Source: an uncultured Planctomycetia bacterium (GTDB taxonomy: Bacteria > Planctomycetota > UBA8108 > UBA1146). Taken from it: a DNA stretch of 62,854 nucleotides. This document shows, piece by piece, positions 19,181-28,849 of this stretch. The stretch covers positions 1-62,854 of the forward strand of contig CAYPPQ010000002.1 in NCBI GenBank assembly GCA_964412635.1, given 5' to 3'. Position 1 is the stretch's first letter; the number at the start of each line of letters is the position of its first letter. The position numbers were made by a program, and so were the translations under genes. The notes beneath the pieces are model-generated. The model was given only the letters and a program-made list of their open reading frames with translations. It made no database searches and had not been told where the DNA came from.

Positions 19181-21433
19181 TCAGGGCTTGAGAGTATTGA
19201 GAGCAGCGCCCTTCCAGAACCATTTCACCTGACTATCACTGAAAGTGTGACTGCAGGAGACACGATCGGAAGACCCGTCGCGATGCTGGAAGGTCACCAT
19301 GAATTCACTTCCTGGAGCAAACTCATCGAGCCCCTCGATGCTGATCACATCCCCCTCTTGAACCAGATCGTAGCTGGAGGCATCCACGAAGCGCAGCGCA
19401 AGGATTCCCTGCTTCTTGAGGTTTGTCTCGTGAATGCGCGCAAAGGAGCGAACGATCACTGCACCACAACCCATGAATCTGGGCGACATCGCGGCGTGCT
19501 CCCTGCTTGAACCCTCGCCATAGTTCTCATCGCCGACTGCAACCCAGCCACATCCCGAGTCCCTGTAATTCGCAGCAATCTCATGGAGCGCTGCGCTCGA
19601 ATCATCATTCAGGGCGTCATGACCGAGACCTGGAGAATCGTGGAACGAATTCACCACTCCTAGAAACATATTTCTCGAGATGTTCTCGAGGTGCCCACGG
19701 AATCGCAACCATGGCCCCGCAGGAGAGATGTGATCAGTCGTGCACTTCCCTCGCGCCTTGAAGAGCACTCTCATTCCAACGAATTCAGATTCTTCCCTGG
19801 GATTGAACGGTTGTAGCAGTTGTAACCGCTCACTGTCAGGGTCGACCTCGATCTCGATACCGGACCCTTCTGCAGGAGGTGCAACGAATCCACTCAGATC
19901 CGTCACGAATCCATCAGGAGGGAGACTGTCGCCGGTGGGTACCTTCAGCATGAAACTCTCACCATCTTCAGCCTCGACACGATCCACCAGCGGATTGAAA
20001 TCCAACCGACCGGTGATGGCGAATGCCGTGACGATCTCCGGACTGGCGATGAATGACAGTGTCTGCGCATTCCCGTCGTTACGTCCCGGGAAGTTTCGGT
20101 TGAAGGAACTCACGATGCTGTTGGAGTTGCCCTTTTCCATGTCATCCCTATGCCATTGACCGATGCAGGGACCACATGCATTGGCAAGGACTGTGCCGCC
20201 CAGTTTCTCGAAGGAGGCCGCCTGACCATCGCGCTCCACCGTTCGGAACACCTGGGTCGATCCCGGCGTGACGAGGAACCTGGTCCGGGCATCTACACCC
20301 GCCTCCGATGCCTGGTCTGCAATTGCAGAAGCTCGATCCATGTCCTCGTAGGAAGAATTGGTGCAGGAGCCGATCAATGCTGCACTGATCTCCAGTGGCC
20401 AGCCCTCTTCTCGAGCTTCATCTCCCAGTTCGGAGATGGGACGGGCTCGATCTGGTGAATGTGGTCCTACCACGTGTGGCTCCAGGGTGGAGAGATCAAT
20501 TTCCAGCACGTTGTCGTAGTAGGATCCTGGATCCGCCTCCACTTCAGGGTCGGGACGCAAGACATCCGCATGTTCCGTCGCCAGTTCGGCGAGATCCTGA
20601 CGCCCCGTGGCAGTCAGATAATTCGCCATCGCCTCATCAAACGGGAACACCGAGCAGGTCGCTCCGATCTCCGCACCCATGTTGGTGATCGTGGCCTTTC
20701 CGGTACAGGATATGCTCCTAGCACCTTCGCCGATGTACTCGACGATGGCTCCGGTTCCTCCCTTGACCGTCAACTCGCCGGCCACCTTGAGGATCACATC
20801 CTTTGGAGCTGTCCAGCCGGACAGGGTCCCCTTCAGGTGAACCGCAATGGCTCCGGGCCACTTGCTGTTCCAGGGTAATCCAGCCATGACATCCACAGCA
20901 TCTGCCCCACCGACTCCGATCGCCAGCATCCCGAGCCCACCGGCATTGGGGGTGTGACTGTCGGTTCCGATCATCAATCCACCAGGGAACGCGTAATTTT
21001 CGAGAACCACCTGATGGATGATGCCTGATCCAGGTTTCCAGAAGCCAATTCCATACTTCTCGGATGAACTTCGCAGGAATCGATACACCTCCGCATTCAC
21101 CTCTTCCGCAGTGGCAAGATCCTGATCCGCGTCGTGGCGTGCCTGGATGAGGTGATCGCAATGGACGGTGGAGGGCACCTGAACCTGATCGAGACCAGCC
21201 TGCATGAACTGCAAGATCGCCATCTGCGCGGTAGCATCCTGCATCGCAACTCGGTCTGGAAGGAGATCGCAGTACTCCTTTCCACGCTCGGGAAGAGCAA
21301 CCGGATTTCCACCGAGGTGAGCCAGCAACACCTTCTCGGCCAGGGTCAATCCACGTCCTATCGCTTGACGCATCTGCTCCTGTCGCAGAGCCGCACGACG
21401 ATAGAGATCACCAATTGATTGCAGATCCGACAT
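19181..21433 (-). CDS. acnA: Aconitate hydratase (mitochondrial/Bacteroidota-like type)
   Basis: DRVAMQDATAQMA, HCDHL, GTDSHT, IGSCTNSSYED, NACGPCIGQW, SFNRNF, TTDHISPAG, GEGSSREHAA. Likely start ATG 21433 after an AGGGAG RBS. Confidence 0.96.
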   Translation of the reverse strand: MSDLQSIGDLYRRAALRQEQMRQAIGRGLTLAEKVLLAHLGGNPVALPERGKEYCDLLPDRVAMQDATAQMAILQFMQAGLDQVQVPSTVHCDHLIQARHDADQDLATAEEVNAEVYRFLRSSSEKYGIGFWKPGSGIIHQVVLENYAFPGGLMIGTDSHTPNAGGLGMLAIGVGGADAVDVMAGLPWNSKWPGAIAVHLKGTLSGWTAPKDVILKVAGELTVKGGTGAIVEYIGEGARSISCTGKATITNMGAEIGATCSVFPFDEAMANYLTATGRQDLAELATEHADVLRPDPEVEADPGSYYDNVLEIDLSTLEPHVVGPHSPDRARPISELGDEAREEGWPLEISAALIGSCTNSSYEDMDRASAIADQASEAGVDARTRFLVTPGSTQVFRTVERDGQAASFEKLGGTVLANACGPCIGQWHRDDMEKGNSNSIVSSFNRNFPGRNDGNAQTLSFIASPEIVTAFAITGRLDFNPLVDRVEAEDGESFMLKVPTGDSLPPDGFVTDLSGFVAPPAEGSGIEIEVDPDSERLQLLQPFNPREESEFVGMRVLFKARGKCTTDHISPAGPWLRFRGHLENISRNMFLGVVNSFHDSPGLGHDALNDDSSAALHEIAANYRDSGCGWVAVGDENYGEGSSREHAAMSPRFMGCGAVIVRSFARIHETNLKKQGILALRFVDASSYDLVQEGDVISIEGLDEFAPGSEFMVTFQHRDGSSDRVSCSHTFSDSQVKWFWKGAALNTLKP

Positions 21434-21711
21434 GGAGCACTCCCTTTCTGATTCTACCCCGGTCTGAATCTTGAATCTGGAACGCCCCAACGACAAGTCC
21501 TCTCAGGAGGTCCTGTCAGGGCCTGTGGAGCGTGTATTTGCTCCACCCAGGTCAGCCAGGGTGCTTGAGCCTCGCTGCTAAGGGGTTATCATCAGGGGGA
21601 TGGCCTGCAATAGCACGGTGCTCAGGTCATCGTCAGTTTATCCGCTGGTATTCCTCAAGGTAGTAATTCTGGTGGATTGGAACCAAGCTTGCCCGCCTGG
21701 CTTCCGGGGGT

Positions 21712-22593
21712 GTGATGAATTTGCTCAGTTCGACCAATGACTGCGATCCGACCAGGGATTCCTCAACGGTTTTCTGCTACATCAGGCGATCGCTGCTATC
21801 GCTTCTGCTGACCAGCTGGATCCTGTGCGGTGTCGGCCAGGCGCAGGATACGATGCTCAGAGTCAGCACCATCCAGGTGGAACCGGGAAGCAGTTTCTCG
21901 CTCCCCGTCGAAGGAAACTGGGATGGACTGATCGGTGGGTACTCCTTCTCGATTGGATTCCCCTCCAGCGCGCCGATCAATAGCCTCGTCGTCGATGTCT
22001 ACGGAACCCTGGTAGGATCGATCGAGGCGGAATACGTACAGGAACAGGTAGACACCACTTCAGGAACCATCATCTGTGGAGTCCTGTTCGATGCGTACCC
22101 TCCCTTCGAAGGGCAAACAGTACCCTCTCTTGGATACCCTCAGGAAATCGCCTACCTCATCGGTGAGATCGACTCATCCGTAGATGAGCAGGACATTCCA
22201 TTTACTCCGCAAGACGGATTCGGCGATCCGCCTATCATGAATATGTTCGTATTCGGGACCAGTTCAGTGAATGTTGATGAGCTGCTCGAGGGAAAGATCG
22301 AGGTCCGAAATCCTCCTCCCCCTGAACCCATTTTCATCCGGGGTGATGTGAACATGGATTCACTGGTCGATCTCGCAGATGCCATCTTCCATCTGGACTA
22401 CACCTTTCTCGGTGGTCCTCTTCCGTCGTGCATGGATGCAGGAGACGCAAACGATGACGGTGTATCCGACATCTCCGATGCGATCTTCCTTCTGTACTAC
22501 TTTTTCCTCGACGGACCGGGACCGTGGGTCCCCTTCCCGGATGCGGGAATCGACTGGACAGATGACACCCTGGGATGCGCCGAGGGGCTTTGA
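21712..22593 (+). CDS. Secreted cohesin-like plus dockerin-like (FIRGD) protein
   Basis: Hydrophobic signal ending GVGQA. Beta-sandwich starting STIQVEPGSSFSLPV. Dockerin loops FIRGDVNMDSLVDLADAI and GDANDDGVSDISDAI. The true start may lie slightly downstream. Confidence 0.72.
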   Translation: MMNLLSSTNDCDPTRDSSTVFCYIRRSLLSLLLTSWILCGVGQAQDTMLRVSTIQVEPGSSFSLPVEGNWDGLIGGYSFSIGFPSSAPINSLVVDVYGTLVGSIEAEYVQEQVDTTSGTIICGVLFDAYPPFEGQTVPSLGYPQEIAYLIGEIDSSVDEQDIPFTPQDGFGDPPIMNMFVFGTSSVNVDELLEGKIEVRNPPPPEPIFIRGDVNMDSLVDLADAIFHLDYTFLGGPLPSCMDAGDANDDGVSDISDAIFLLYYFFLDGPGPWVPFPDAGIDWTDDTLGCAEGL

Positions 22594-22650
22594 CCTCCGG
22601 ACAACAGTTGTGCCGTTGACAGGACTGTAGCACCGAGCAGGAACTACGAG

Positions 22651-23580
22651 CTAACTGCACTCCCTGAACAGATCCAGGAAGCGATCTTCGTAGTCTTGAA
22701 ACACTCCAAGACGATCAAGTTCCTCCTTGAGTAACGGCGCGTTGGAACGGTTCAATTCTGCATCTCGAAACAACTTATCGACAAGGTCAGTTTCATCCAG
22801 GTTCAAGGATGGTCCTGGCGAAGCAGAGAATCGGTAATCTTCTGAAAGAGCCCTGTTCTCTCCGATCAACTTGGCTTGCACATCGAGCATGTGCTCCTGA
22901 ACCGCCTCGATCTGTCCATTCAGATCCTCGAGGTTAATGTTCACGCCAATCATCTTGCCGAAATGAGAGGTAAGTTCCTTCACCGTCTTTGGATTGACCA
23001 TCTGTAGCCCCAGAGTTGGAATCTCCGATACCAGACAGAAGGACGAAACACCGAGTTCCTGTGCAGCCAGCATCGTCAAGCCATTGAGCCCACGAATACT
23101 ACCGGAAGAAAAGGGAACCATGCCCCCTTTCCGCATCGTATCTGCCGTGGAAACACATGGGGTGCAATACTTCACCGGGGATGGCTCCCGCGGATCGATG
23201 GTGCTGTGAAGAGCTGCGAAGGATACCACTTTTCTGACGCCAAGGTTCAGCACTGAACTGATCACACGCTTGCACAGTTTCAGACCACCTTCGTCAGGGT
23301 GATGTGTGGTACGTAGGATCACCAGATCGTGTGCTCCCCCCGTTCTTGCCACGAAAAAGGACAGCCGTGGCAAGCTTCCAGGAAAGCAGATTCCCTTTCG
23401 TACCGTCACATCCTCGAGTTCCGCTTCAGGATCAGGGTCAGGCGTTCTTAGTAATTCAGATTCAAACTTCTTGATCAAAGTTTGAACCACTCCAGATGCC
23501 ACACCTCCGACTCCTGGCCATCCGACGATAAGCCACGGATCCTTGAGGTTTATTGCAGATGAATTGTGAAAAAATTCCAT
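22651..23580 (-). CDS. PAC2-family (proteasome assembly chaperone-like) protein
   Basis: PWLIVGWPGVGGVA, GVRKVVSFAA, IRGLNGL...CLVSEIP...NPK, and C-terminal LKEELDRLGVFQDYEDRFLDLF match the PAC2/ATP-grasp-like family as I recall it. GGAG RBS upstream. Confidence 0.78.
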   Translation of the reverse strand: MEFFHNSSAINLKDPWLIVGWPGVGGVASGVVQTLIKKFESELLRTPDPDPEAELEDVTVRKGICFPGSLPRLSFFVARTGGAHDLVILRTTHHPDEGGLKLCKRVISSVLNLGVRKVVSFAALHSTIDPREPSPVKYCTPCVSTADTMRKGGMVPFSSGSIRGLNGLTMLAAQELGVSSFCLVSEIPTLGLQMVNPKTVKELTSHFGKMIGVNINLEDLNGQIEAVQEHMLDVQAKLIGENRALSEDYRFSASPGPSLNLDETDLVDKLFRDAELNRSNAPLLKEELDRLGVFQDYEDRFLDLFRECS

Positions 23581-23901
23581 TCGTGCTCACTCCAAATAAC
23601 AATCAAACTCAAGCTGAAATAATGCGTCAGTAGAGCAGTTTGACTGCACCTATTCTAAATAATCAAGCACCGAACAACATCTGTCGATGCGGAAGCGTCT
23701 GGTTTGCTCCTGAGCAGTGTCTCTGACAAATATAAATCTCATCGATAACAATACAGCGGACTATATCTCGCCAGCTGACCGGCTGTCATTGTATGAAATG
23801 AAGCAGGAAAGATCAAGATCTGGAGGTTGAGATCGATGGCAACATTGGCTTTTCAAAACCCCTGGCGGATCGTGAGTACTTTCGGGACAAACCCAGCCCC
23901 C

Positions 23902-23934
23902 TTCCTGAATTTCCTGAATTTCCTGAATTTCCTG
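23902..23934. repeat. 9-bp tandem repeat TTCCTGAAT, 3 copies plus a partial TTCCTG
   Basis: Copies at 23902-23910, 23911-23919, 23920-23928 and a partial at 23929-23934; intergenic. Confidence 0.95.
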
Positions 23935-23978
23935 CCAGGCAACAGTCTCCATCGCATCCGTTCGGCAAGATTCTCATC

Positions 23979-24836
23979 TCACCAGCGAATGCTCGTCGCG
24001 ATCAAAATGCACCAGATGATCAATATCAGTTGGATCCATCTGGATTGTATAAAAAGTTCAACGGGCGACCGTCGATCCCTCTTGATCAGGATCAGGTACT
24101 GGTAATACCAGAGTCCAATCAAAACGGGGACCGGACTCCACCACCAACGCCCCGCGAGGAACCAGGGTGAAACCCAGCAATATTCCGCATACTCGAGGGC
24201 TATCAGGAATGCCAGTACCCGAATACAACTCGACATCGACTCCGCGCTGTACCAACTCAGAGATCGTCTGTGATCCCCACCCGGATCCACTTCCAGTTCA
24301 GCCCTTCTCTTGCCCATGGCCAGGAGCAAGGCAATCGAGGTACCGCAGAGTAACAGCCGAGGGCTGGCGATGACTGCCAGTAATGCGCACCCGAACAGAA
24401 TCCGCAATGAGAAAAAGGTACCGAGGAAAACGACATCAACGACGGGGACATCCCGGGCCCACAGCGAGTAAATGAGATTCAACAGCAGGTAAATCCCTGT
24501 AATCCACATCGCCTCCGGAGATCGGATCTCGGTGATCAGGATCAGCCAGGAAGTCGCCAGCAAGAACATGGCGAGATAGATCGCCTGCTTCCGACCGACC
24601 GAGCCACTCGCAATCGGGCGATGCATCTTGTCAGGATGTAGACGATCTCGACTCTCATCGACAACATCGTTGAGGCAATAGATCGAAGAGTTGATCAGGG
24701 AGAATGCAAAGAGACCCCACACGAATTGAACCCATGGCACCTCAGATCCTGACGCAATGGCGAATGGGACTGGCAGAACGATGAACAGGTTTTTCACCCA
24801 GTGGTGAACTCTGAGCAGCTTGAACATGTTCATCAT
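23979..24836 (-). CDS. UbiA-family polyprenyl-phosphate phosphoribosyltransferase (DPPR-synthase-like) membrane protein
   Basis: LLRVHHWVKN, YCLNDVVDESRDRLHPDKMHRPIASG, GKRRAEL, multiple TM segments. Likely start 24836 after a GGGAGG RBS. Confidence 0.87.
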   Translation of the reverse strand: MMNMFKLLRVHHWVKNLFIVLPVPFAIASGSEVPWVQFVWGLFAFSLINSSIYCLNDVVDESRDRLHPDKMHRPIASGSVGRKQAIYLAMFLLATSWLILITEIRSPEAMWITGIYLLLNLIYSLWARDVPVVDVVFLGTFFSLRILFGCALLAVIASPRLLLCGTSIALLLAMGKRRAELEVDPGGDHRRSLSWYSAESMSSCIRVLAFLIALEYAEYCWVSPWFLAGRWWWSPVPVLIGLWYYQYLILIKRDRRSPVELFIQSRWIQLILIIWCILIATSIRW

Positions 24837-24963
24837 TCTTCCTCCCTTCCTCATGTGCCGATAGGGTACCACCCCCACGGTAGTAATAGGTTTCTCCTCT
24901 CTTCGAAACAGATGTGATAGACTGGCCTTGCGCAGAACTTTCCAGTTTTCAGGGGGCAATCTC

Positions 24964-25917
24964 GTGGCGGATCCGGATTCCGGCGATAGTCAACTCGAGT
25001 CCACCAAACGATTGACCGAAGTTGCCCGTGAAATCGGCTTCTACTCCCTCGGTGTCGCAACGGCAGGTGCTTCCCCACGCGCCGACGTCTTCCTCGACTG
25101 GATCGACAAGAAAAGACACGCAACGATGGATTGGCTCACCAAGGATCTGTCGCGAAGGCTAGATCCCAGACTGTCGGTCAACGAAGCCAGGAGTGTCATC
25201 GTGGTCACCCTTCCGCATGACGATTCCGCAACAGAACACCCCGGAGAGGCCAGAATCGCCAGGTATGCCCTGGGACGTGATTACCACTGGGTGATGAAAC
25301 CGATGCTGGAAAAACTCGCTGACCATGTAGGAGAGAACTCCCGGTGGAAAACCTGGTACACCGTGGACAGTTCACCAATCGTCGAACGAGACTGGGCCGC
25401 TGCCAGCGGGATTGGCTGGGTGGGCAAAAATGGAATGGTCATCGACCAGGAGATCGGCAGTTACTTCTTTCTCGGATCGATCGTCACCGATCGCCCCTTC
25501 CAGCCCACTGAACCTCAGGCTGATCATTGCGGAACCTGCACCCGCTGCATCGATCTGTGTCCCACTTCTGCAATTGTGGAACCGGGTGTCCTCGACTCCA
25601 ACAGGTGCATTTCCTATCTGAATATCGAGCACAGGGGAGACCTTCCAGAAGATACACAACTCTTCGACTGGCTCCTCGGTTGTGACATCTGCCAGGAAGT
25701 TTGTCCCTGGAATACCAGACCGGCGAGAGTCGCACCGCCAGTGCATGAACAGCTGAAACCGCGAGATCTCCCCAAAGATCCACAGAAAATCGCCTCGATG
25801 AGTCGACAGGATTGGCTCGACAATTATGCTGGAACACCGGTGACTCGCACCGGATACGAGGGTCTGATCCGTAACGCCAGGAAGATTCTTGAGGAAAGAA
25901 GTCGCAAGCCTTCATGA
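24964..25917 (+). CDS. queG: tRNA epoxyqueuosine(34) reductase QueG
   Basis: IARYALGRDYH, VDSSPIVERDWA, CGTCTRCIDLCPT, CISYLNIE, GCDICQEVCPWN. Probable GTG start at 24964; the ORF track starts at 24928. Confidence 0.93.
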   Translation: MADPDSGDSQLESTKRLTEVAREIGFYSLGVATAGASPRADVFLDWIDKKRHATMDWLTKDLSRRLDPRLSVNEARSVIVVTLPHDDSATEHPGEARIARYALGRDYHWVMKPMLEKLADHVGENSRWKTWYTVDSSPIVERDWAAASGIGWVGKNGMVIDQEIGSYFFLGSIVTDRPFQPTEPQADHCGTCTRCIDLCPTSAIVEPGVLDSNRCISYLNIEHRGDLPEDTQLFDWLLGCDICQEVCPWNTRPARVAPPVHEQLKPRDLPKDPQKIASMSRQDWLDNYAGTPVTRTGYEGLIRNARKILEERSRKPS

Positions 25918-26489
25918 GGAATCCAGGGAGTCCAAGGCAGATCTTCAGGAGTTCGCTCCTGTTCCACGGTTCGATGGGACTCCTCTCGGTGTGCGCAATC
26001 GCCCTGTCGGACCGGCCCCTACCGATTCCCGACGATGGTCCGAGTATCCTGGTCGGATTTTCACTGGGGATCGGCATTGGCTGCGTGGTGGCCTGGTTAT
26101 CGTTATTGATACAGCGCTGGTGGGCTGCAGCACGACAGCTGGAAAAGGGGCTGGCGGACCTGTTCGAGGGATGCACTCCGATGGAGATTTTGATCCTCGC
26201 GCTGCTCTCCTCCTTCGCCGAGGAGTTGCTCTTCAGGGGGTTTCTGCAGCCGATCCTCGGGTGGTTCTTCACCAGTATCCTGTTCGGACTGGCTCACTGG
26301 ACCGGGGATCGCCGACTCTCCGCATGGCCCCTGATCGCCATCCTGGCCGGTGCAGCCCTGGGAGCCCTCGCTCTTTGGGACCTTTCAGGCCTTCCCGGAG
26401 CGATCGGAGCCCATCTGGCCGTCAACTGGATCGGATTGACCCGGCTGAGCCGCACCAAACCTTCAATCCCCCCCGAGCCCACGGGTTGA
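25914..26489 (+). CDS. CPBP/CAAX (Abi) family intramembrane glutamic endopeptidase
   Basis: AEELLFRG, FGLAH, GAHLAVN, several TM helices. ATGA overlap with queG. Confidence 0.88.
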   Translation: MRNPGSPRQIFRSSLLFHGSMGLLSVCAIALSDRPLPIPDDGPSILVGFSLGIGIGCVVAWLSLLIQRWWAAARQLEKGLADLFEGCTPMEILILALLSSFAEELLFRGFLQPILGWFFTSILFGLAHWTGDRRLSAWPLIAILAGAALGALALWDLSGLPGAIGAHLAVNWIGLTRLSRTKPSIPPEPTG

Positions 26490-26519
26490 CAGTCACCCCT
26501 TCCGGTCCGACGATGCACG

Positions 26520-26551
26520 GAGTAGGTAGAGGCTAGAGTAGGTAGAGGCTA
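26520..26551. repeat. 16-bp direct tandem repeat GAGTAGGTAGAGGCTA x2, with a degenerate GGTAGAGG at 26568
   Basis: Exact copies at 26520-26535 and 26536-26551; intergenic. Confidence 0.93.
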
Positions 26552-26599
26552 GGCGATGAGAGATTCGGGTAGAGGTCTGGAGGGGGAGGACTTCTCCAT

Positions 26600-26656
26600 G
26601 ACTCACCACGGATTCCTGGGGGACAGTTCTCGAGCAAGGTGGACTCACCAGGGATT
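26600..26656. promoter_or_regulatory. Pair of 15-bp direct repeats GACTCACCA(C/G)GGATT, 42 bp apart, upstream of the rhodanese gene; candidate operator
   Basis: 26600-26614 and 26642-26656 match at 14 of 15 positions. The regulatory role is inferred. Confidence 0.4.
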
Positions 26657-26724
26657 GTCTCGGCCACCTCGATCGTATTCCGCCGCCGCCTACACTGGCA
26701 TCAATAAAGCGAGGAGAGGCATTC

Positions 26725-27123
26725 ATGGGAGTGAAACGAATCGATCCAGATCGCGCCAACGAACTTCTCAACTCGGATCAACAGTACATCTATCTCGATG
26801 TCAGGATGCCGGAGGAGTTTTCTCAGGGGCACGTCCCCAATGCCAGGAACATTCCCGTGATGATTCGCGGAGAAGGCGGTGTCGGGATTCGCATGAATCC
26901 TGAATTCGTAGACAATGTCTGTGAATCTCTGGAACCCGATACAAGAATCATCCTGGGTTGTCAGAAGGGAGGAAGGTCGCAGAAGGCGGCAGACCTCCTC
27001 ACGGAACAAGGCTTCACCAATCTTCACGATATGCGTGGTGGCTTCATCGGTGAAACGGATGTCCTTGGAAACATCACCTTCCCCGGGTGGTCTTCGCGAG
27101 GCTTACCCACCACTCGTCGTTAG
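26725..27123 (+). CDS. Single-domain rhodanese-like sulfurtransferase
   Basis: YLDVRMPEEFSQGHVPNA, active loop GCQKGGRS, DMRGGF. GAGGAG RBS upstream. Confidence 0.92.
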   Translation: MGVKRIDPDRANELLNSDQQYIYLDVRMPEEFSQGHVPNARNIPVMIRGEGGVGIRMNPEFVDNVCESLEPDTRIILGCQKGGRSQKAADLLTEQGFTNLHDMRGGFIGETDVLGNITFPGWSSRGLPTTRR

Positions 27124-27908
27124 TCAATCTTTCGCATCAACGGTCGAAAGATCCGGCGAGAGATCGCTCCTACTATCGATCGTGGAACCCATCCCTGTAG
27201 CGTGAGTAGTATCTTGTTGCGTATCCCCGGGACGATCCTGGCACGGTTTTTCTCCAATCCACGCACGGCGATTTTTGCCACACTTGAAGCAGACATACTC
27301 CCTGATCGGACCAGTTCATCGGGAATCCCAGCAGATTGAAAGAATGAGGTACTGGTGATGCCTGGGGCCAGAAGACTGACCTGAACTCCACTACCATGAA
27401 GTTCCCATCGTAACCCCTCGGCGAAACGATTCACGAAGCCCTTGGTCGCCGAGTAAACGCACAACCCCGGGCCTCCGGCAACACCCGCCAGGGACCCGAC
27501 GAAGAGTAGATGTCCTCTACGACGAGCGATCATCCCCGGCAACCAGTGACGAGATAGATCGATGACGGATTTACAATTGAGATCGATCATTGCAGAAAGT
27601 CGATCAGGATCAGGATCCTGATGAAATACCCCACCGACACCGACCCCTGCATTGTTGATGAGTACATCCACCTGCACTGAATCGAGTCGTTGAAAGAGAT
27701 CCTGAACCTGCTCAGAACAGGTCAGATCCACCACCTCGATGCGTGTCTTCGATCGACAGCTGGCGGCAACCGACTTCAACCTGCCAACATCTCGACCGAG
27801 CAGGATCAACTGACCTGCTCCACGGGCATCGATTTCCAGAGCGAGTTCTCGCCCGATTCCATCGCTTGCACCGGTGATCAAGACGGTGAATTGAGACCAG
27901 TCCAGCAT
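27120..27908 (-). CDS. Classical SDR oxidoreductase
   Basis: TGASDGIG, NNAG, YSATK. Likely start ATG 27908. Confidence 0.9.
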   Translation of the reverse strand: MLDWSQFTVLITGASDGIGRELALEIDARGAGQLILLGRDVGRLKSVAASCRSKTRIEVVDLTCSEQVQDLFQRLDSVQVDVLINNAGVGVGGVFHQDPDPDRLSAMIDLNCKSVIDLSRHWLPGMIARRRGHLLFVGSLAGVAGGPGLCVYSATKGFVNRFAEGLRWELHGSGVQVSLLAPGITSTSFFQSAGIPDELVRSGSMSASSVAKIAVRGLEKNRARIVPGIRNKILLTLQGWVPRSIVGAISRRIFRPLMRKID

Positions 27909-28099
27909 CGTAGTTCCCCTTCTCACGTATCCGACATTAGCCCCAAGAAGGCCATCTCGCCACTGCAGTGCCATATATCCGAGCAGTGGAAGACCCCAGG
28001 GACTCTTGACAAATTTTGACACCTGCGAGATGCTGGATTCACGCCGACGGGAGAGATCACGGAAGTTTGTTTGAAATGCTGATCCCCTGGGAAAACGTG

Positions 28100-28771
28100 A
28101 TGTCCATCTTCACGCAGTTCCCGGCAATTTCTATGGCGGAAATCGCCAGCTGGTCCACCTTCCAGAATGCCTGGATGCAGTCGAACTGGATCGACCTCGT
28201 GGTGATCCTGGCACTCCTCTCCGGAATATTCACCGGAGTGGGGGTTGGATTTTACAGATCCACTGCGATTCTATTCGGCTCCGCTGCAGGGGTACTGCTT
28301 GCCGGTCAGTTTGCAGTACCACTTTCCCTGAACTCCATCTTCGATTCCGTGAGAGCGGATGTCGGTCCCCTCCCCACCCAGATCCTCGCCGGTGCACTGA
28401 TCTTCGGCACCTGCACAGGCGTTGCGTTTCTCAGTACCGTGATCCTCCGCTCCTTCTTCGACCGAACCCTGCGCTTTTGCGATAATGTTCTGGGAGGGCT
28501 GATGGGCACCTCCATCGCCATTTTGCTGATGGGAATCATCTTCCTCGGCGTCTTCCAGTGGCAAGACAGTCGCCTTCACAGGCCGATTCAGGAATCACTC
28601 AGCGGCCCCTCCATCACCAGTTGCACGCAACAACTCGGTCGGTTTTTCCCGGATGAATTCCGGGAGCGGTTCGACCTCTCCTCCAGGAGGATTCTCGAGA
28701 AACAGGCCGGTGACATCGCGGGTGTCCTGGCGACCTCGGGAGACCCTCCCCGTAGCGATCCTCGAGACTGA
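28100..28771 (+). CDS. CvpA (colicin V production) family membrane protein
   Basis: NWIDLVVILALLSG, four TM segments, DNVLGGLMG, then a C-terminal S-x-S helix. The start is uncertain (28016-28175). Confidence 0.78.
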   Translation: MSIFTQFPAISMAEIASWSTFQNAWMQSNWIDLVVILALLSGIFTGVGVGFYRSTAILFGSAAGVLLAGQFAVPLSLNSIFDSVRADVGPLPTQILAGALIFGTCTGVAFLSTVILRSFFDRTLRFCDNVLGGLMGTSIAILLMGIIFLGVFQWQDSRLHRPIQESLSGPSITSCTQQLGRFFPDEFRERFDLSSRRILEKQAGDIAGVLATSGDPPRSDPRD

Positions 28772-28849
28772 TCTCCCCTCGCTGCCTCCAATGCGATCAT
28801 CGTGTACCCTGAACCGGTGCCCGTGGCCCCACCGATAGGACGGTTTGAC

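Noticed and set aside
21524-21546. Hairpin GTGGAGC/GCTCCAC upstream of aconitase as an iron-responsive element
   Set aside because: The loop lacks CAGUGN on either strand, and the hairpin is about 90 bp from the start codon.
23761-23952. 63-aa ORF with a QEIQEIQEI repeat upstream of PAC2
   Set aside because: The peptide repeat is just the 9-bp DNA repeat translated. There is no recognisable domain, and no Pup/UBact-like C-terminus in any frame I read.
22651-24000. Mobile element or prophage explaining the low-GC patch
   Set aside because: No transposase, integrase, terminal inverted repeats, target duplication or adjacent tRNA was found.
27990-28050. Sigma70 promoters at the TTGACA hexamers (28006 and 28016; also 26486 and 61241)
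   Set aside because: None has a convincing -10 element at 16-18 bp spacing.
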